Part shown: piece by piece, positions 52,401 to 64,000 of the stretch
Position numbering within the stretch: position 1 is the stretch's first letter
Layout of the letters: every line of letters starts with the position of its first letter
Assembly (NCBI GenBank): GCA_028826165.1
Contig: JAPDFW010000128.1
Span: 62,001 to 126,000, forward strand
Direction of reading: 5' to 3'
Origin: Anaeramoeba ignava BMAN
Taxonomy: Eukaryota > Protista > Anaeramoebae
DNA length: 64,000 bases
Position numbers and translations under genes: made by a program
The notes under the pieces: model-generated
Seen by the model: only the letters and a program-made list of their open reading frames with translations
What the model was told of the DNA's origin: nothing
The model's database searches: none

Positions 52401-55400
52401 TTAATTTTGATTTTGATTTTGATTTTGTTTTTGATTTCGTTTTCGATTTTGTTTTTGTTTGAGTTTTTTTTTTGGTTTTTGTTTTTGATTTTGATTTTGA
52501 TTTTGATTTTGATTTTGATTTTGATTTTGATTTTGAATTTGAATTTGAATTTGAATATGATTGGGTTTTTTGTTGGGAAGTTGGGTGCAAATTAATTCCC
52601 ATTTTTGCGAAAGTTCTTGTGCTTTTTTTTGATTGGCTCGAAGAAAAATTTTTTTTTTGTTTTTTAAAGTTTGGTCTAGAAAAAAAAAGAGATGAAAATT
52701 GAGCAAAGATGAAAAATATGAAAAAATTGAACAGAAACCTAAATTTTGGAAAAAAGACACCACAAGGTTGTTTTTTTCATTTGGATTTTGTTCCACATCA
52801 TATGTTGAAATAAGAATTTTAATTCCTATAAATTTAAAAAATAGAAAGAATTCAAGTTTTGAATTAATTGATTTTTCAATGAAAGTTTTTTCAGTAATTT
52901 CTTAACTGTGAAAATCAAGATCTCGTAAATTTGGCTTAAAGAGGATTTCATCTATTAATTTGAATGAAAAAAAAAAGTAAATAACAAAGAAAAGGAAATG
53001 AAAAAATTAAATAATATTTACTCGGTTTTTCTTTTTGAAGGTTTTGTAAAATCTTTAATATATGCAATCGAAATTGGGTTGCTTGGAATTTCGTTTTTGG
53101 ATCATCTTTCAGATTGGAAGAATTTGATCGATCAAGAATTTGAAAAATTATCCTAATTAGATCTAATTGAGGGGAAAAAGAAAAAATAAATTCATTTAAA
53201 TGAATGAAGAAAAAAGAAAAAAATTGAACAGAAACCTAAATTTTGGAAAAGAGACACCACAAGGTTGTTTTTTTCATTTGGATTTTGTTCCACATCATAT
53301 GTTGAAATAAGAATTTTAATTCCTATAAATTTAAAAAATAGAAAGAATTCAAGTTTTGAATTAATTGATTTTTCAATGAAAGTTTTTTCAGTAATTTCTT
53401 AACTGTGAAAATCAAGATCTCGTAAATTTGGCTTAAAGAGGATTTCATCTATTAATTTGAATGAAAAAAAAAAGTAAATAACAAAAAGAAAAGGAAATGA
53501 AAAAATTAAATAATATTTACTTAGTTTTTCTTTTTGAAGGTTTTGTAAAATATGCAATCGAAATTGGGTTGCTTCATTAATCAGATCTTTTTCATTTGTC
53601 ATATAAAAAAAACGAGAAGCATCAAGAATTTGAAAATTTAGATCTATTGAATTTTGATCAAAAACTATTTGGAAGAGAGAAATTTATGATTGAATTTAGA
53701 AAGAAAGAAAAAAGAAAAAAATTGAACAGAAACCTAAATTTTGGAAAAAAGACACCACAAGTTTGTTGATTTTTTCATTTGGATTTTGTTCCACATCATA
53801 TGTTGAAATAAGAATTTTAATTCCTATAAATTTAAAAAATAGAAAGAATTCAAGTTTTGAATTAATTGATTTTTCAATGAAAGTTTTTTCAGTAATTTCT
53901 TAACTGTGAAAATCAAGATCTCGTAAATTTGGCTTAAAGAGGATTTCATCTATTAATTTGAATGAAAAAAAAAAGTAAATAACAAAAAGAAAAGGAAATG
54001 AAAAAATTAAATAATATTTACTCGGTTTTTCTTTTTGAAGGTTTTGTAAAATATGCAATCGAAATTGGGTTGCTTCATTAATCAGATCTTTTTCATTTGT
54101 CATATAAAAAAAACGAGAAGCATCAAGAATTTGAAAATTTAAATGGATTGGATCATCATGTTGAGTAAAAAAATCTTGGAAAAGATGAAATTTGGTTTGA
54201 GAGATTTTTTGTGAGAAAAGAAAAAGTAAAGGAAAAAAACAAAATCAAATCTGTTATTCAATATTCAATACCTTTGTTGTTGGAAAGGATTTTCTGAAAA
54301 TCAAGTTTTGAAATCGATTGGTAGTTTATCGTTTCTTTGATTTTTTCTTTTTTGATCTCTTTGAGAATTCTCAATATTGAAATGAATAAGTTTTCTGTTG
54401 ATTTACAAAAACCAAGAAAGTTAGTGATATTAATCGAAAATTGGGATGAATTTTGGAAAAAAAAGAATTATTTCTTTACTTTCTTCTACAATTAGAGAGT
54501 TTGTTTTTTTCAGTTCGTTGATGTGATTGTAAATTTCTTTTTTTGTTTTTGTAAACAAATAACGAAAATGAGATTAATGAAAGGTGGAGTTTATTTTTTG
54601 ATATACCAAGAATAATTTCCTTATTGTATTCGAAAAAATAGCTTAAAAGAAATCCGGAGTTGAGTTGGAGTTGATCAAATTCTTGATTTCTGTTCAAGGT
54701 ATTTGAATAATAAGCTGTTAAAATCATTTCAATTATTCCATCTGTTTGGAGAATTTTGTTTCGATTCTCTTTTTAGATTTTTAAGCAAAATTTCATGATT
54801 GAAGTGAAAAATGATTGAAAATTCTGAAAATAAATTGAAAAATACCTTTACTTTCAAAAGCAAGAGATCCTAAAAGATCAATACTTTTATGTTGAATTGT
54901 GAAATTATGAGGATGTTGTGAAATTGCATATACAAGACGTTCGATTACTCTATGTTGAAGGTTTTGACGTGTATTTTTTTCGACGTCGTCCTTTGTGTTG
55001 AGATTGAACCAATCTACCATTCTTGAGTTTTCGGTGAACTTTGTTTGAAAAATATTTGAGGAAAATAATTTGGGAATTAAAATATTGTGTGAATGCGAAT
55101 TTTTTGGTGATGAAGTTTGGAATTTGGAGGTATTACATGTTCTAAAATCAAAAAGAAACAAAATAATGAATTTGATTTGGTTTTATTGGAAAAGAATACT
55201 TGGAACGTTCCACAAGTTGTTTCTTAAAGCACGACATCCATTCTCTTGGATTTGCTCAATATTTGGGAAAGATATCATTGCTTTCATAATTAAGTCTATT
55301 CCTTTAATCCCAATTTTTTGGGACAATTCTTTTTCATGAAAAACCATAAATTAAATCATTGAAAAAGAAAAAGTGTTTTTGAGCATTTACCTGAACCTTT

Positions 55401-57426
55401 TTCTTTAAAGGAATTTTTCTTTCTAAAATTGTCATCAAAACAAATAATTCCTAAAAGACTGCAACTTTCTTGTTGAACTCCTTTATCATCCTCAAAAAAT
55501 TCCATTGCTTTTTTCATTTTGGATATAAGTGCTTTGAGATCAGAGAAATGGTTGTTTTTGAATTCTTTGTAATTTTTTTCGGAAATTATTGAAAAATAGG
55601 AATGGAAAGAAAAGAAAAATATAATTTTTGGAAATGTGAAATGTACCAGAATTTTTTTTGATGATTGTTTCTATGGCTGAAAATGCATTTGCCTGAATTT
55701 TTGGGTTTTGAGAAAATTTTTTGATTACTTTCACAATGAGATCGAACGATTTGCTTTGTTGATCTGAGATTTTCTTTAGGAATTCAGCTATCTGGTTACT
55801 CTTTTCTTCTTTATATGTATTTGTTTATGTTTGATTTATTTTGGTAATAAAAAGTGAACAGGTCAGTTTTGTTATGAAGTGTTTTGATTACAAAATTTTA
55901 CTTGTTTTTATACTTTTTTTCTGATTAAATTCGACTTCTTAAATCAAGGAAAAATAAAAAATCAAAGAAAAATCAATTTTGGTTTGTTTTTTGAAAAAAG
56001 GAAAATTACTTCTTGTATAATACCAAAGACTCTCAAGTGCATCACATCCATATTCTTGTATTTTTGAATCCTTGGAATTTTTCGACATTGTGACATGTAT
56101 TCGTTCGAAAACTGAGGGAATATAATCTATCCATAATTTTTCAATCTTTGTTAATAGTTTTTCATTTTCTTTTTCTTTTTCTTTTTCATTTTCATTTTGA
56201 TTTTGATTTTCATTTTGATTTTGATTTTGATTTTCTTTTTTTTTTTCTTGTTGTCTATTGATTTTTTCTTTTATTTTTATGGAAGGTTAAAAATTTTTGA
56301 TTACAAAATCAGGAAAAAAATTACCAAAAAATGTGGAGATGATGATCAGTTGTTTGAAATGTGTTACTGCCAATTCGTTTGGCAGTTTCTGGAAGAATGA
56401 TTCCAGAAATTTTTTCATTTCCTCACTCAAACCATCTAAAGCAGATCTTTCATCTTCAATTTATTGATTTTATTTTTGAATTTTTATGAAAGATGTATAT
56501 GAATGAAATTTTTTTTGAATATTCCAAATTACCTTCAGTAGTACTAATAATTAGAAGTGCATCAAAAATTGAAGTTAAAATTGAAGTTAAAATTCCATCT
56601 TGATTATCCTGAAAAATATTAGAATTTGGTAAGGATTTGAGAATTTCTTTGAATTGCTGAATAACGAACTGACGAGTTTGTTGTTGTTCTTGTTTTTCTA
56701 TGTTAATTTCGAAAAGAAAAATGAAAAAAATTATTCCATTTCAAATGATATCAAAAAATTTTTCAAACTTTTCAATTCTTCTTCTTTTTTTTCGGAAAAA
56801 TAAGGAGGATTTTGCTCATTATTTTTTGCACATTCACACAAGAACTTTATCACTTTGAGAGAAAATCGTTTTTCTTTCATCTCTTTTTTGAATTTTTCAA
56901 CTTGAGTTTTGTTTGAATTGGTACATTTGTTTTTAAAAGTAGAAAGAAAAAAAGAATTGATCAATTTGTAAAAAAAGAATTTTTCAGTTATTGATTTTAT
57001 TTTGCCTACTCAAGGGTTGAACGAGTTGTTTTATTTTGTTGATTTCTTGGTTTTGATTTTGATTTTGATTTTCATTTGAATTTTCATTTTCAATTTCAAT
57101 TTCATTTTGATTTTCATTTGAATTTTCATTTTCAATTTCTTTTTCATTTTGATATGAAAATAAGGATTTAAGTTGAAATAAGAATGGAAATAAGGATGAC
57201 GTATTTGTGTTGTGTTTAACTTACTTAAAGAAAATATCTGATTCCTCCAACAGCTTTCCAATAAATCCTGAACAATGTTGTTTATTTTTTCTTGATTGAA
57301 ACCAGAGATTTGTAATTGCAAATTTGAAATAGAGTCGCTTTCGGGTTGAATGTTTTCTTTAGTTTGATCCTCCTTCTGGTCTTGATTGTCATCCATTTCA
57401 ATTTGGTGTTGAATGCTGCTGTTCAT
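52401..57426 (-). CDS. 25-exon armadillo-repeat protein (LRRK2 N-terminal-type ARM repeats), ~1050 aa. Exons: 57426-57225, 57138-57010, 56900-56769, 56697-56533, 56453-56325, 56254-56010, 55937-55902, 55808-55647, 55564-55391, 55328-55200, 55141-55137, 55038-54846, 54768-54607, 54536-54480, 54394-54272, 54174-54022, 53949-53905, 53823-53734, 53664-53521, 53448-53404, 53322-53236, 53162-53022, 52951-52907, 52825-52739, 52675-52401
   Basis: Manual GT-AG splicing gives an open frame, with one A11 homopolymer indel needed in exon 6. ARM motifs include TMSKNSKDSKIQEYGCDALESL, AMEFFEDDKGVQQESCSLLG, GIDLIMKAMISFPNIEQIQENGCRALRN and AISQHPHNFTIQHKSIDLLGSLA. Confidence 0.8.
52720..54145 (-). repeat. 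Tandem triplication (~500-bp period) of a three-exon block, introns included
   Basis: Near-identical segments at ~52725-53085, 53222-53640 and 53720-54140. Confidence 0.95.
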
Positions 57427-57509
57427 TCTTGTGTTTTTTTTTCTATCAATTTGAAAAGAAAAAAATGAATTTTAATTTTTCATTTTCATTCTTTTTCTTT
57501 TTTTTGAAA

Positions 57510-60500
57510 ATGAATTTTGAATTTTTCTCAATTTGCCAAAATTTAATTAAAGAAAATAAAATTGAATTAATTCAAGACTTTTTAAAAGAAAATCAATTAA
57601 CAACAAAGCAACTTTCAAAATGTTTAACAATTTCGTTAATAAACAAAAGAACTTCAATAGAAATTATCAAATTATTGATAAAATCTGGAGCAAATGTAAA
57701 TTATAGAAATAGAAAAAGTCGAAGAACGGCTTTATTAACAGCAATATGTCATTCAAATTCAAATGAAGTGATTGATTTTCTTGTCAATTCAGGATCAAAT
57801 TTGAATATAAAAGATTCAAGAGGAAAATCGATTTTATATCATATTATGAAATACATGAAATCTGATACTCGGCATTTAATGAATTCTGTTTTAGAAAGAG
57901 GAGTGGAAATCAATCAAGAGGATAGATCAACTCAAAATGTTCTTTTTTATGCAATTATCAATCAACAGCCTTTTGGAATGATAAAATTTCTAATTGAAAA
58001 AGGAGCAAATGTTGATAGAAAAAATCTTTACGGAGAAAATTTAATGCATATTTGTGCAAAATACAGCCCAAATATTGGGTTATTTCAGTTATTAATTGAT
58101 AAAGGAATTGAAGTCAATGATACACAGCAGCATTTCAAAACGCCTCTTAGTTATTTACTCTTGGATTATCAAAAAAATGTTGAACAAATTAAATTTCTTG
58201 TTTCAAAGGGAGCAAATGTTGGGAAGTCATTGTTCTCTTTTGTTATGGATGCAAAATATTTTGAAATTGCTAAATTTGCGTTTTCCATTGATTCAACCTC
58301 AATTAATGAAAAAAATCGATTAAGTGAAACATTACTTCATCGGGCATGTCTCAGAAAGAACAACATCAAAAACATTGAATTGATTATCCAAAATGGAATT
58401 AATGTAAATGAAGTGGATTCCTTCGGGAGCACGGCTCTTCATGTTGCTTGCCAAAATAGATTAGAAAATGAAGTTATTAAATTACTCATTTCATCAGGAG
58501 TTGATCCATCAATTAAAAATTACTTTTCTTATGCATTGGAGTATTTCCACAAATGGGATATTTATAAAGATCCAGAATTACCAGAAATAATGCTTCTTCT
58601 TTTCAAAGGAATTGGAATTGATTCGAGAAATCAAATTCGTTTATCTGAAACTGCGTGGAGAAATTTCCTTAGTAATATGCCTAAAAACAACAAAGAGCTA
58701 AGTTCTGAGATTATCAATATTCTAGACACAATGATTAAATTGTCTTATCCGTATTCTCAGTCCTATCCCTTCAGAAGAGATACTCTAGAAGATTTAGCTT
58801 CATATTCCTATAAGAATCTTGAAGTATTCAAATTTTTGTTTGAAAAAGCTTTAGAGTTCAAATCCAAAATAAAATTCACAAACATTATCTATCATGTTTG
58901 CAACTATCCTGAAAGTTCTTCTCTGATCGTATATATTCTTGAATCGCTTCTAAAGCATCCTGACATCAATGTTGTTCTAAATCCATCATTTCTGAGTTTT
59001 TGCCATTATTCGCATGGAATTGAAGAATTTAAATTATTTCTCAAAATGGGAGTAGATGTAAATTACAAAGATACTTACAAAATTACACCTTTAATGTATG
59101 TATGTAAATTTTCTCCATCTTTTGCAAATATATCTTTCCTTATTGAATCAGGTGCAGATGCTTTTGCAAGGGATACTAATGGAAACTCGATATTGCATCA
59201 TTTCTGTCAATCAAGATCTTCGTCTCATAAACTTATTGATATTCCTGAATTGATGAAATTATTCAAATCAAAAGGATTAAGTATACATGATAAAAATAAC
59301 CGAAATGAAGATGCGTTGATTTGTAGTTGTTCAAATAAGTTCATTTCAGATCAACTAATTAGATATTTAATTGAAGATGGAGCAAATTTAAATTCAATTA
59401 ATTTTTCAAATCTGTCCGCATTTTCTTTATATTTACAGAACAAAAACCATTGTTTGGAAACAATTAAATTTTTTATTGAAAAAGGAATCAATCAAGAAAA
59501 TATTGAATCAGGTTTTATCCATTGGATTCTTGATATCTACGCTATTCATGATTGCCATCATCTTGAAACATTTAAATTCTTTTTTGAAAACAATCTTTTG
59601 GAAAACAAACAAAAAATTTTATTTGAAAATTCTCAAGTTCTTCATTACTTTACTGATATTGGTTCGATAACAGAAAATGAACTGAATGATTTATTTGTTC
59701 TTTTTATTAATAATGGAGCTAATATTGAAATTAAAACTAATCAGAATGAAAATCTTCTTCATTCAATTTGTCTCAAACATCCTTCTTTCATTCAATTAAC
59801 TAAATTTTTACTAAGTTTAAATTTGGATTTAAATGCAGTTACTAATTCTAAGCAAACTCCTTTATCAATCATTTGCGAATTTTCTAATTCGAAAGAATTA
59901 ATTCCAATTTTACTTTCTAAAGGTGCAAATCCAAATTATCCACAAAATTGCATTGATTTAATAAAAAGAAATCATTTTTATTTTAAAAGTCAATTTAAAG
60001 ACATAGAATATTTGTTTTGGTATGGAGCAGAATGGAAAAATCCACCAGTAATATTTCCTCAATTTATCACCAAAATTTTTTTCAAATTAAATTAAATTAA
60101 ATTTTTATTAAAAAAAAAACAAAGTCAAAAGGTTCTATTCATATGAAAATAAATCAATTATTCCTTAAAACATATAAAAGTTATCAAGAAGATTTTTTAA
60201 ATTTATTCAAAAGACAAGAATTAACTGATTATAAAATTCAATGTAAAGATGGATTCATTTTAATTCATAAATTAATTCTTACTTCAAGATTATATTTAGA
60301 AAATGAATCAGAACAAGAAATTTTACAAAAATTCTTAAATTTTGCTTTTCAAGCATCAAAAACAGAAATGGAAATTATTGTTGAATTTCTTTATTCAGGA
60401 ATCATTGAAATGAGCAATTATGAAAATGATTTCAAATTTCTTGAAAAATTTGCTCAAAATTTAGGTTTTCCTAAAAATTGGATTATTCAAAAATCAGGAA

Positions 60501-60889
60501 AAATTGGATTAATTCATGATTTAGAAAAACTTTATCAAGATGAAAAATCAAAAGATTTCACAATTATTTTTCAAGATGAAACAACAATTAAAGTTCATAA
60601 ATTAATTTTAATTGCAAGATCTAATTTATTTAGAGGAATGTTTCTCAGTGTTGTTGATAATTCCAATCAAGTTCATGATTACAGTGAAATTCCTTCAAAA
60701 ACAATGAAAAATTTAATTGGTTTTCTTTATTTAGATTCATGTTCTTCATTTGAAAATTCTGAAATTGAATATTTTCAAAAAGCAAAAGATTATTTCCAAT
60801 TAAATGAAAATTGCTCTTTAGATTTATTTTTTTCTCAACCTTCATTAGCAAATCAATATTTTAATGATGAATATCTCAATAGAAAATAA
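57510..60889 (+). CDS. Ankyrin-repeat plus tandem BTB protein; exons 57510-60047 and 60125-60889
   Basis: Many GA(N/D)VN...T(P/A)L ankyrin repeats. The phase-0 GT-AG intron 60048-60124 joins them to the BTB ORF (IHKLILTSR, KVHKLILIARSNLF). Confidence 0.88.
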
Positions 60890-60957
60890 AATCAAAAAAG
60901 AAATTAATTTTGATTTTGATTTTAATTTTGATTTTGATTTTAATTTTGATTTTAATT

Positions 60958-62703
60958 TTAATTTTGATTTTGATTATTAAATTTTTTAATTAATAAATCA
61001 AATAAATTTGGATTTGTTTGATTTAATTGAAAATAATCAATTCCTCTTTCTAATTCATTAATTATTTCTTTTGTAATTTTAATTCCTTTTTTAATTTGAT
61101 TTGAATAAATCCAATATTCTAATATTTGAAATGATTTATTACTTAATTCACTATAATCTGTAACTTTATTTGAAGTATCTTCTGTTACAGATAAAAACAT
61201 TCCTCGATATAATTCACTTCTCATTATTAATATTAATTTGGGAAATTTATATTGTTTTTCTTTTCTTTCAATAATAAAATCTTTTTCATTTTCATTTTCA
61301 TTTAAATAAATTCTTTTCATTGTTTCTTCAATTTTTTCATTAGAATTTATAATTTCTTTAATTTCATAATATAATTTTGGATTTATTATTCTATTTGAAT
61401 AAATCATTTCAAATATTTGATTTGATTCTTTAATTGATTTTTTTGAAATAATTTCTTGAAGTTTTTCAATTTCATTTTCATCTTGATTTAATCTATATTT
61501 CAATATTAATTTATGAGCTTCAATTATTTCTCCATTTTCTGTTTTAAATGAAATATCACAAAATTCTTTTCTTTTAAATAGTTTTATCAAATCTTCTTCA
61601 AGATTGGAAAAAGGAGGAGAATAATAATAAAGAAATGAATTATTATATCCACAAGAAATATGATAATTGAAAATATCTCCATTAAATCTTAATTCAGGAA
61701 GTTCAATTTGAATTGGAATTGATTGTGTATTTGTATCTCCAGTTCCTAATTGACCATATAAATTACTTCCAAATGAAATAAATTTTTCATTGTATGTCAA
61801 GATCAAAGTATGATAACTTCCAACAGAAAAATCAAGAATATTATCATTTTCAAATAAAGGTGATTTGATTTCAGTAAATTCATAAGTATATTCATCTTCT
61901 TTACCAAGTCCATTATATTGATAATATCCACATGAATAAAGTTTTCTTTTTTCATCTTCATTTTCATCTTCAATCAACATTATTGAATGATTAAAACCAC
62001 ATTGAATATCAATTATTTTACCTTTTGGAATATTTTGGATTTTGGTTAGATTTTGGATTTTTCGTCTTCTTATCCCTAACCCAAGTTGACCTTCATTATT
62101 ATTTCCGCATCCAAATAGTTCTTGATTTGAATTTAAAAGGAAAACAGAACTTGAAGAATTTCCTGAAAATATTTTAGAAACATTTTTCATCATTAAAATA
62201 GGGTTTCTTGTTCTTTCAAGTGTTTTAGAATCAAAACCAAGTTGTCCCTGGTAATTTTCGCCAATTCCATAAACATTTTGATTTGAAGTTAATAAGTAAA
62301 TTGAATTAAATCCAGAAACAATATCTTGAATTATTCTATCATTTTTATCTTCAATTAATGATGAAATATTGATAAATTTATTTGGATTTTGAGGATTTAT
62401 ATCTCTTCCTTTGGCAAACACATTTCCTTCTTTTGTTAAAATAGTTTCATCTTCAAAACCACTTGATACTTTTTGAATATTTTCAAATTTGGAAATGATT
62501 GAATAATATGAGTTGTCAGTCGCTTTGCAATTTTCAAAGAGGAAAATTGTTGTTGCTTTTCCTGTTGAAATTTGTTTAATTTGTTTTTCATTTTCATTTT
62601 CATTTTCAAATTTAAATTGAATAGGCTTTATTACTCTTTCTTCTCGTTCATTTTTGATAAGTTTTGGATATGAATTTTGACCAAAAAATATAATTTCATT
62701 CAT
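60958..62703 (-). CDS. RCC1-repeat plus BTB protein
   Basis: GENYQGQLG, GNNNEGQLG, CGFNHS and GSNLYGQLGTG, followed by BTB-like AHKLILKYR and KLILIMRSELY. Confidence 0.92.
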   Translation of the reverse strand: MNEIIFFGQNSYPKLIKNEREERVIKPIQFKFENENENEKQIKQISTGKATTIFLFENCKATDNSYYSIISKFENIQKVSSGFEDETILTKEGNVFAKGRDINPQNPNKFINISSLIEDKNDRIIQDIVSGFNSIYLLTSNQNVYGIGENYQGQLGFDSKTLERTRNPILMMKNVSKIFSGNSSSSVFLLNSNQELFGCGNNNEGQLGLGIRRRKIQNLTKIQNIPKGKIIDIQCGFNHSIMLIEDENEDEKRKLYSCGYYQYNGLGKEDEYTYEFTEIKSPLFENDNILDFSVGSYHTLILTYNEKFISFGSNLYGQLGTGDTNTQSIPIQIELPELRFNGDIFNYHISCGYNNSFLYYYSPPFSNLEEDLIKLFKRKEFCDISFKTENGEIIEAHKLILKYRLNQDENEIEKLQEIISKKSIKESNQIFEMIYSNRIINPKLYYEIKEIINSNEKIEETMKRIYLNENENEKDFIIERKEKQYKFPKLILIMRSELYRGMFLSVTEDTSNKVTDYSELSNKSFQILEYWIYSNQIKKGIKITKEIINELERGIDYFQLNQTNPNLFDLLIKKFNNQNQN

Positions 62704-62802
62704 TTTCTATTTTCTATTTTCTATTTTCTATTTTTTATTTTTTTGAAAAGAAAAAAAAAATGATTTTTGATTTTCATTTTTTTCATTTTTTTCATTTCAA
62801 AA

Positions 62803-64000
62803 ATGAATGAAATTATATTTTTTGGTTTAAATAAATATCCAAAACTTTTCAAAAATAAATCAAAAAAAATAATAATAAAACCAATTCAATTTAAATTTGA
62901 AAATGAAAATAAAAATGAAAATGAAAATGAAAAACAAATTAAACAAATTTCTTCAAGTTATTTTTCAACAATTTTCCTTTTTAAAAATGGAAAAGCAATA
63001 GAATATTTAGAATATTCAAAACAAAATCCTCAAAAAATCCAAATTGAAGAAAATATTCAAAAAGTAACTGTTGGTTTTGAAGATGAAGCTATTTTAACAA
63101 TAGAAGGAAATGTATTTGCCAAAGGATTTAATATTAATCCAAAAAATCGAAAAAAATTTATCAATATTTCATCATTAATTGAAGATACAAATGATAGAAT
63201 AATTCAAGATATTGTTTCTGGAAGAAATTCAATTTACTTATTAACTTCAAATCAAAATGTTTATGGAATTGGTTCAAATCATTATGGCCAATTTGGTTTT
63301 GATTCTAAAACACTTAAAGAAACAGAAAAACCAATTTTAATGATGAAAAACGTTTCTAAAATATTTTCAGGAAATTCTTCTGAACATATTTTTCTTTTAA
63401 ATTCAAATCAAGAACTATTTGGATGCGGATATAATTATGATGGTCAACTTGGATTAGGAAAATCAAGAAAAGAAGAAAAAGAAATCCAAAATTTAACCAA
63501 AATCCAAAATATTCCAAAAGGCAAAATAATTGATATTCAATGTGGTTTTAATCATTCAATAATGTTGATTGAAGATGAAAATCAAAATCCAAAAAGAAAA
63601 CTTTATTCATGTGGTTATCATCAATCTAATGGACTTGGCAAAGATGAAGATGAATATACTTATGAATTTACTGAAATCAAATCATCTTTATTTGAAAATG
63701 ATAATATTCTTGAAATTTCTTTTGGATGTGATCATACTTTGATTTTAACTACCAATGAAAAATTAATTGGATTTGGATATAATGAATATGGTCAATTAGG
63801 AACTGGAGATACAAAATGGCAATTAATTCCAATTCAAATTGAACTTCCTAAATTAAGATTTAATGAAGAAATTTCTAATTATCATATTTATTGTGGATAC
63901 CACAAATCATTTCTTTATTATTCTCCTCCTTCTTTTTCCAATCTTGAAGAAGATTTGATAAAATTATTTAGAAGAAAAGAATTTTGTAATATTTCATTTA
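62803..64000 (+). CDS. RCC1-BTB paralog, head-to-head with the previous gene, truncated by the window end (absent from the ORF track)
   Basis: ATG at 62803 reads MNEIIFFGLNKYPKL... and stays open to the window end, colinear and highly similar to 62703-60958. Confidence 0.92.
   Translation, partial: MNEIIFFGLNKYPKLFKNKSKKIIIKPIQFKFENENKNENENEKQIKQISSSYFSTIFLFKNGKAIEYLEYSKQNPQKIQIEENIQKVTVGFEDEAILTIEGNVFAKGFNINPKNRKKFINISSLIEDTNDRIIQDIVSGRNSIYLLTSNQNVYGIGSNHYGQFGFDSKTLKETEKPILMMKNVSKIFSGNSSEHIFLLNSNQELFGCGYNYDGQLGLGKSRKEEKEIQNLTKIQNIPKGKIIDIQCGFNHSIMLIEDENQNPKRKLYSCGYHQSNGLGKDEDEYTYEFTEIKSSLFENDNILEISFGCDHTLILTTNEKLIGFGYNEYGQLGTGDTKWQLIPIQIELPKLRFNEEISNYHIYCGYHKSFLYYSPPSFSNLEEDLIKLFRRKEFCNISF

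Noticed and set aside
52401-57426. Pseudogene or stop-codon reassignment in the ORF-poor region
   Set aside because: The stops fall within GT-AG introns, and spliced genes elsewhere end at standard stops.
57429-57509. ORF-track start for the ankyrin gene at 57429
   Set aside because: It is a non-ATG start running through T-rich promoter sequence. The ATG at 57510 follows the TCATTTT elements.

Overview
This is very AT-rich, gene-dense eukaryotic nuclear DNA using the standard code and GT-AG spliceosomal introns. NQ/NE low-complexity tracts, several BTB-domain genes and TCATTTT initiator-like arrays suggest a metamonad such as Anaeramoeba; that assignment is inference and was not verified. 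About 25 protein-coding genes can be reconstructed by hand. They include an RNF213-like E3 (3' part), RPL6, a DAGK/YegS-type lipid kinase, a BIG/Sec7 ArfGEF, an SNX9-like SH3-PX-BAR protein, REEP/Yop1, CEP70-like, CDC7, a homeodomain protein, a C2orf69-like protein, Kelch-BTB, a mitochondrial carrier, BTB-TLDc, MPI, GINS1/PSF1, Ank-BTB and two head-to-head RCC1-BTB paralogs. There are also two satellites (12-bp and ~144-bp units). The most striking object is hidden from the ORF track. It is a 25-exon ARM-repeat gene (52401-57426, minus strand) in which 23 of 24 introns are phase 1, almost every internal exon is a multiple of 3, a three-exon block is triplicated and a 5-nt micro-exon is predicted, so it looks like a frame-safe modular exon cassette array. 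Other oddities are an orphan promoter plus 5' fragment of an Mdm34/Mdm12-like gene, a duplicated 19-nt micro-exon in BIG, strand-biased AAAAT-N hexamer expansions, and a TAATTA array upstream of the homeobox gene. Several 1-2 nt frameshifts in homopolymers are most likely assembly errors. All homology calls are from motif recognition by eye, not from database searches.
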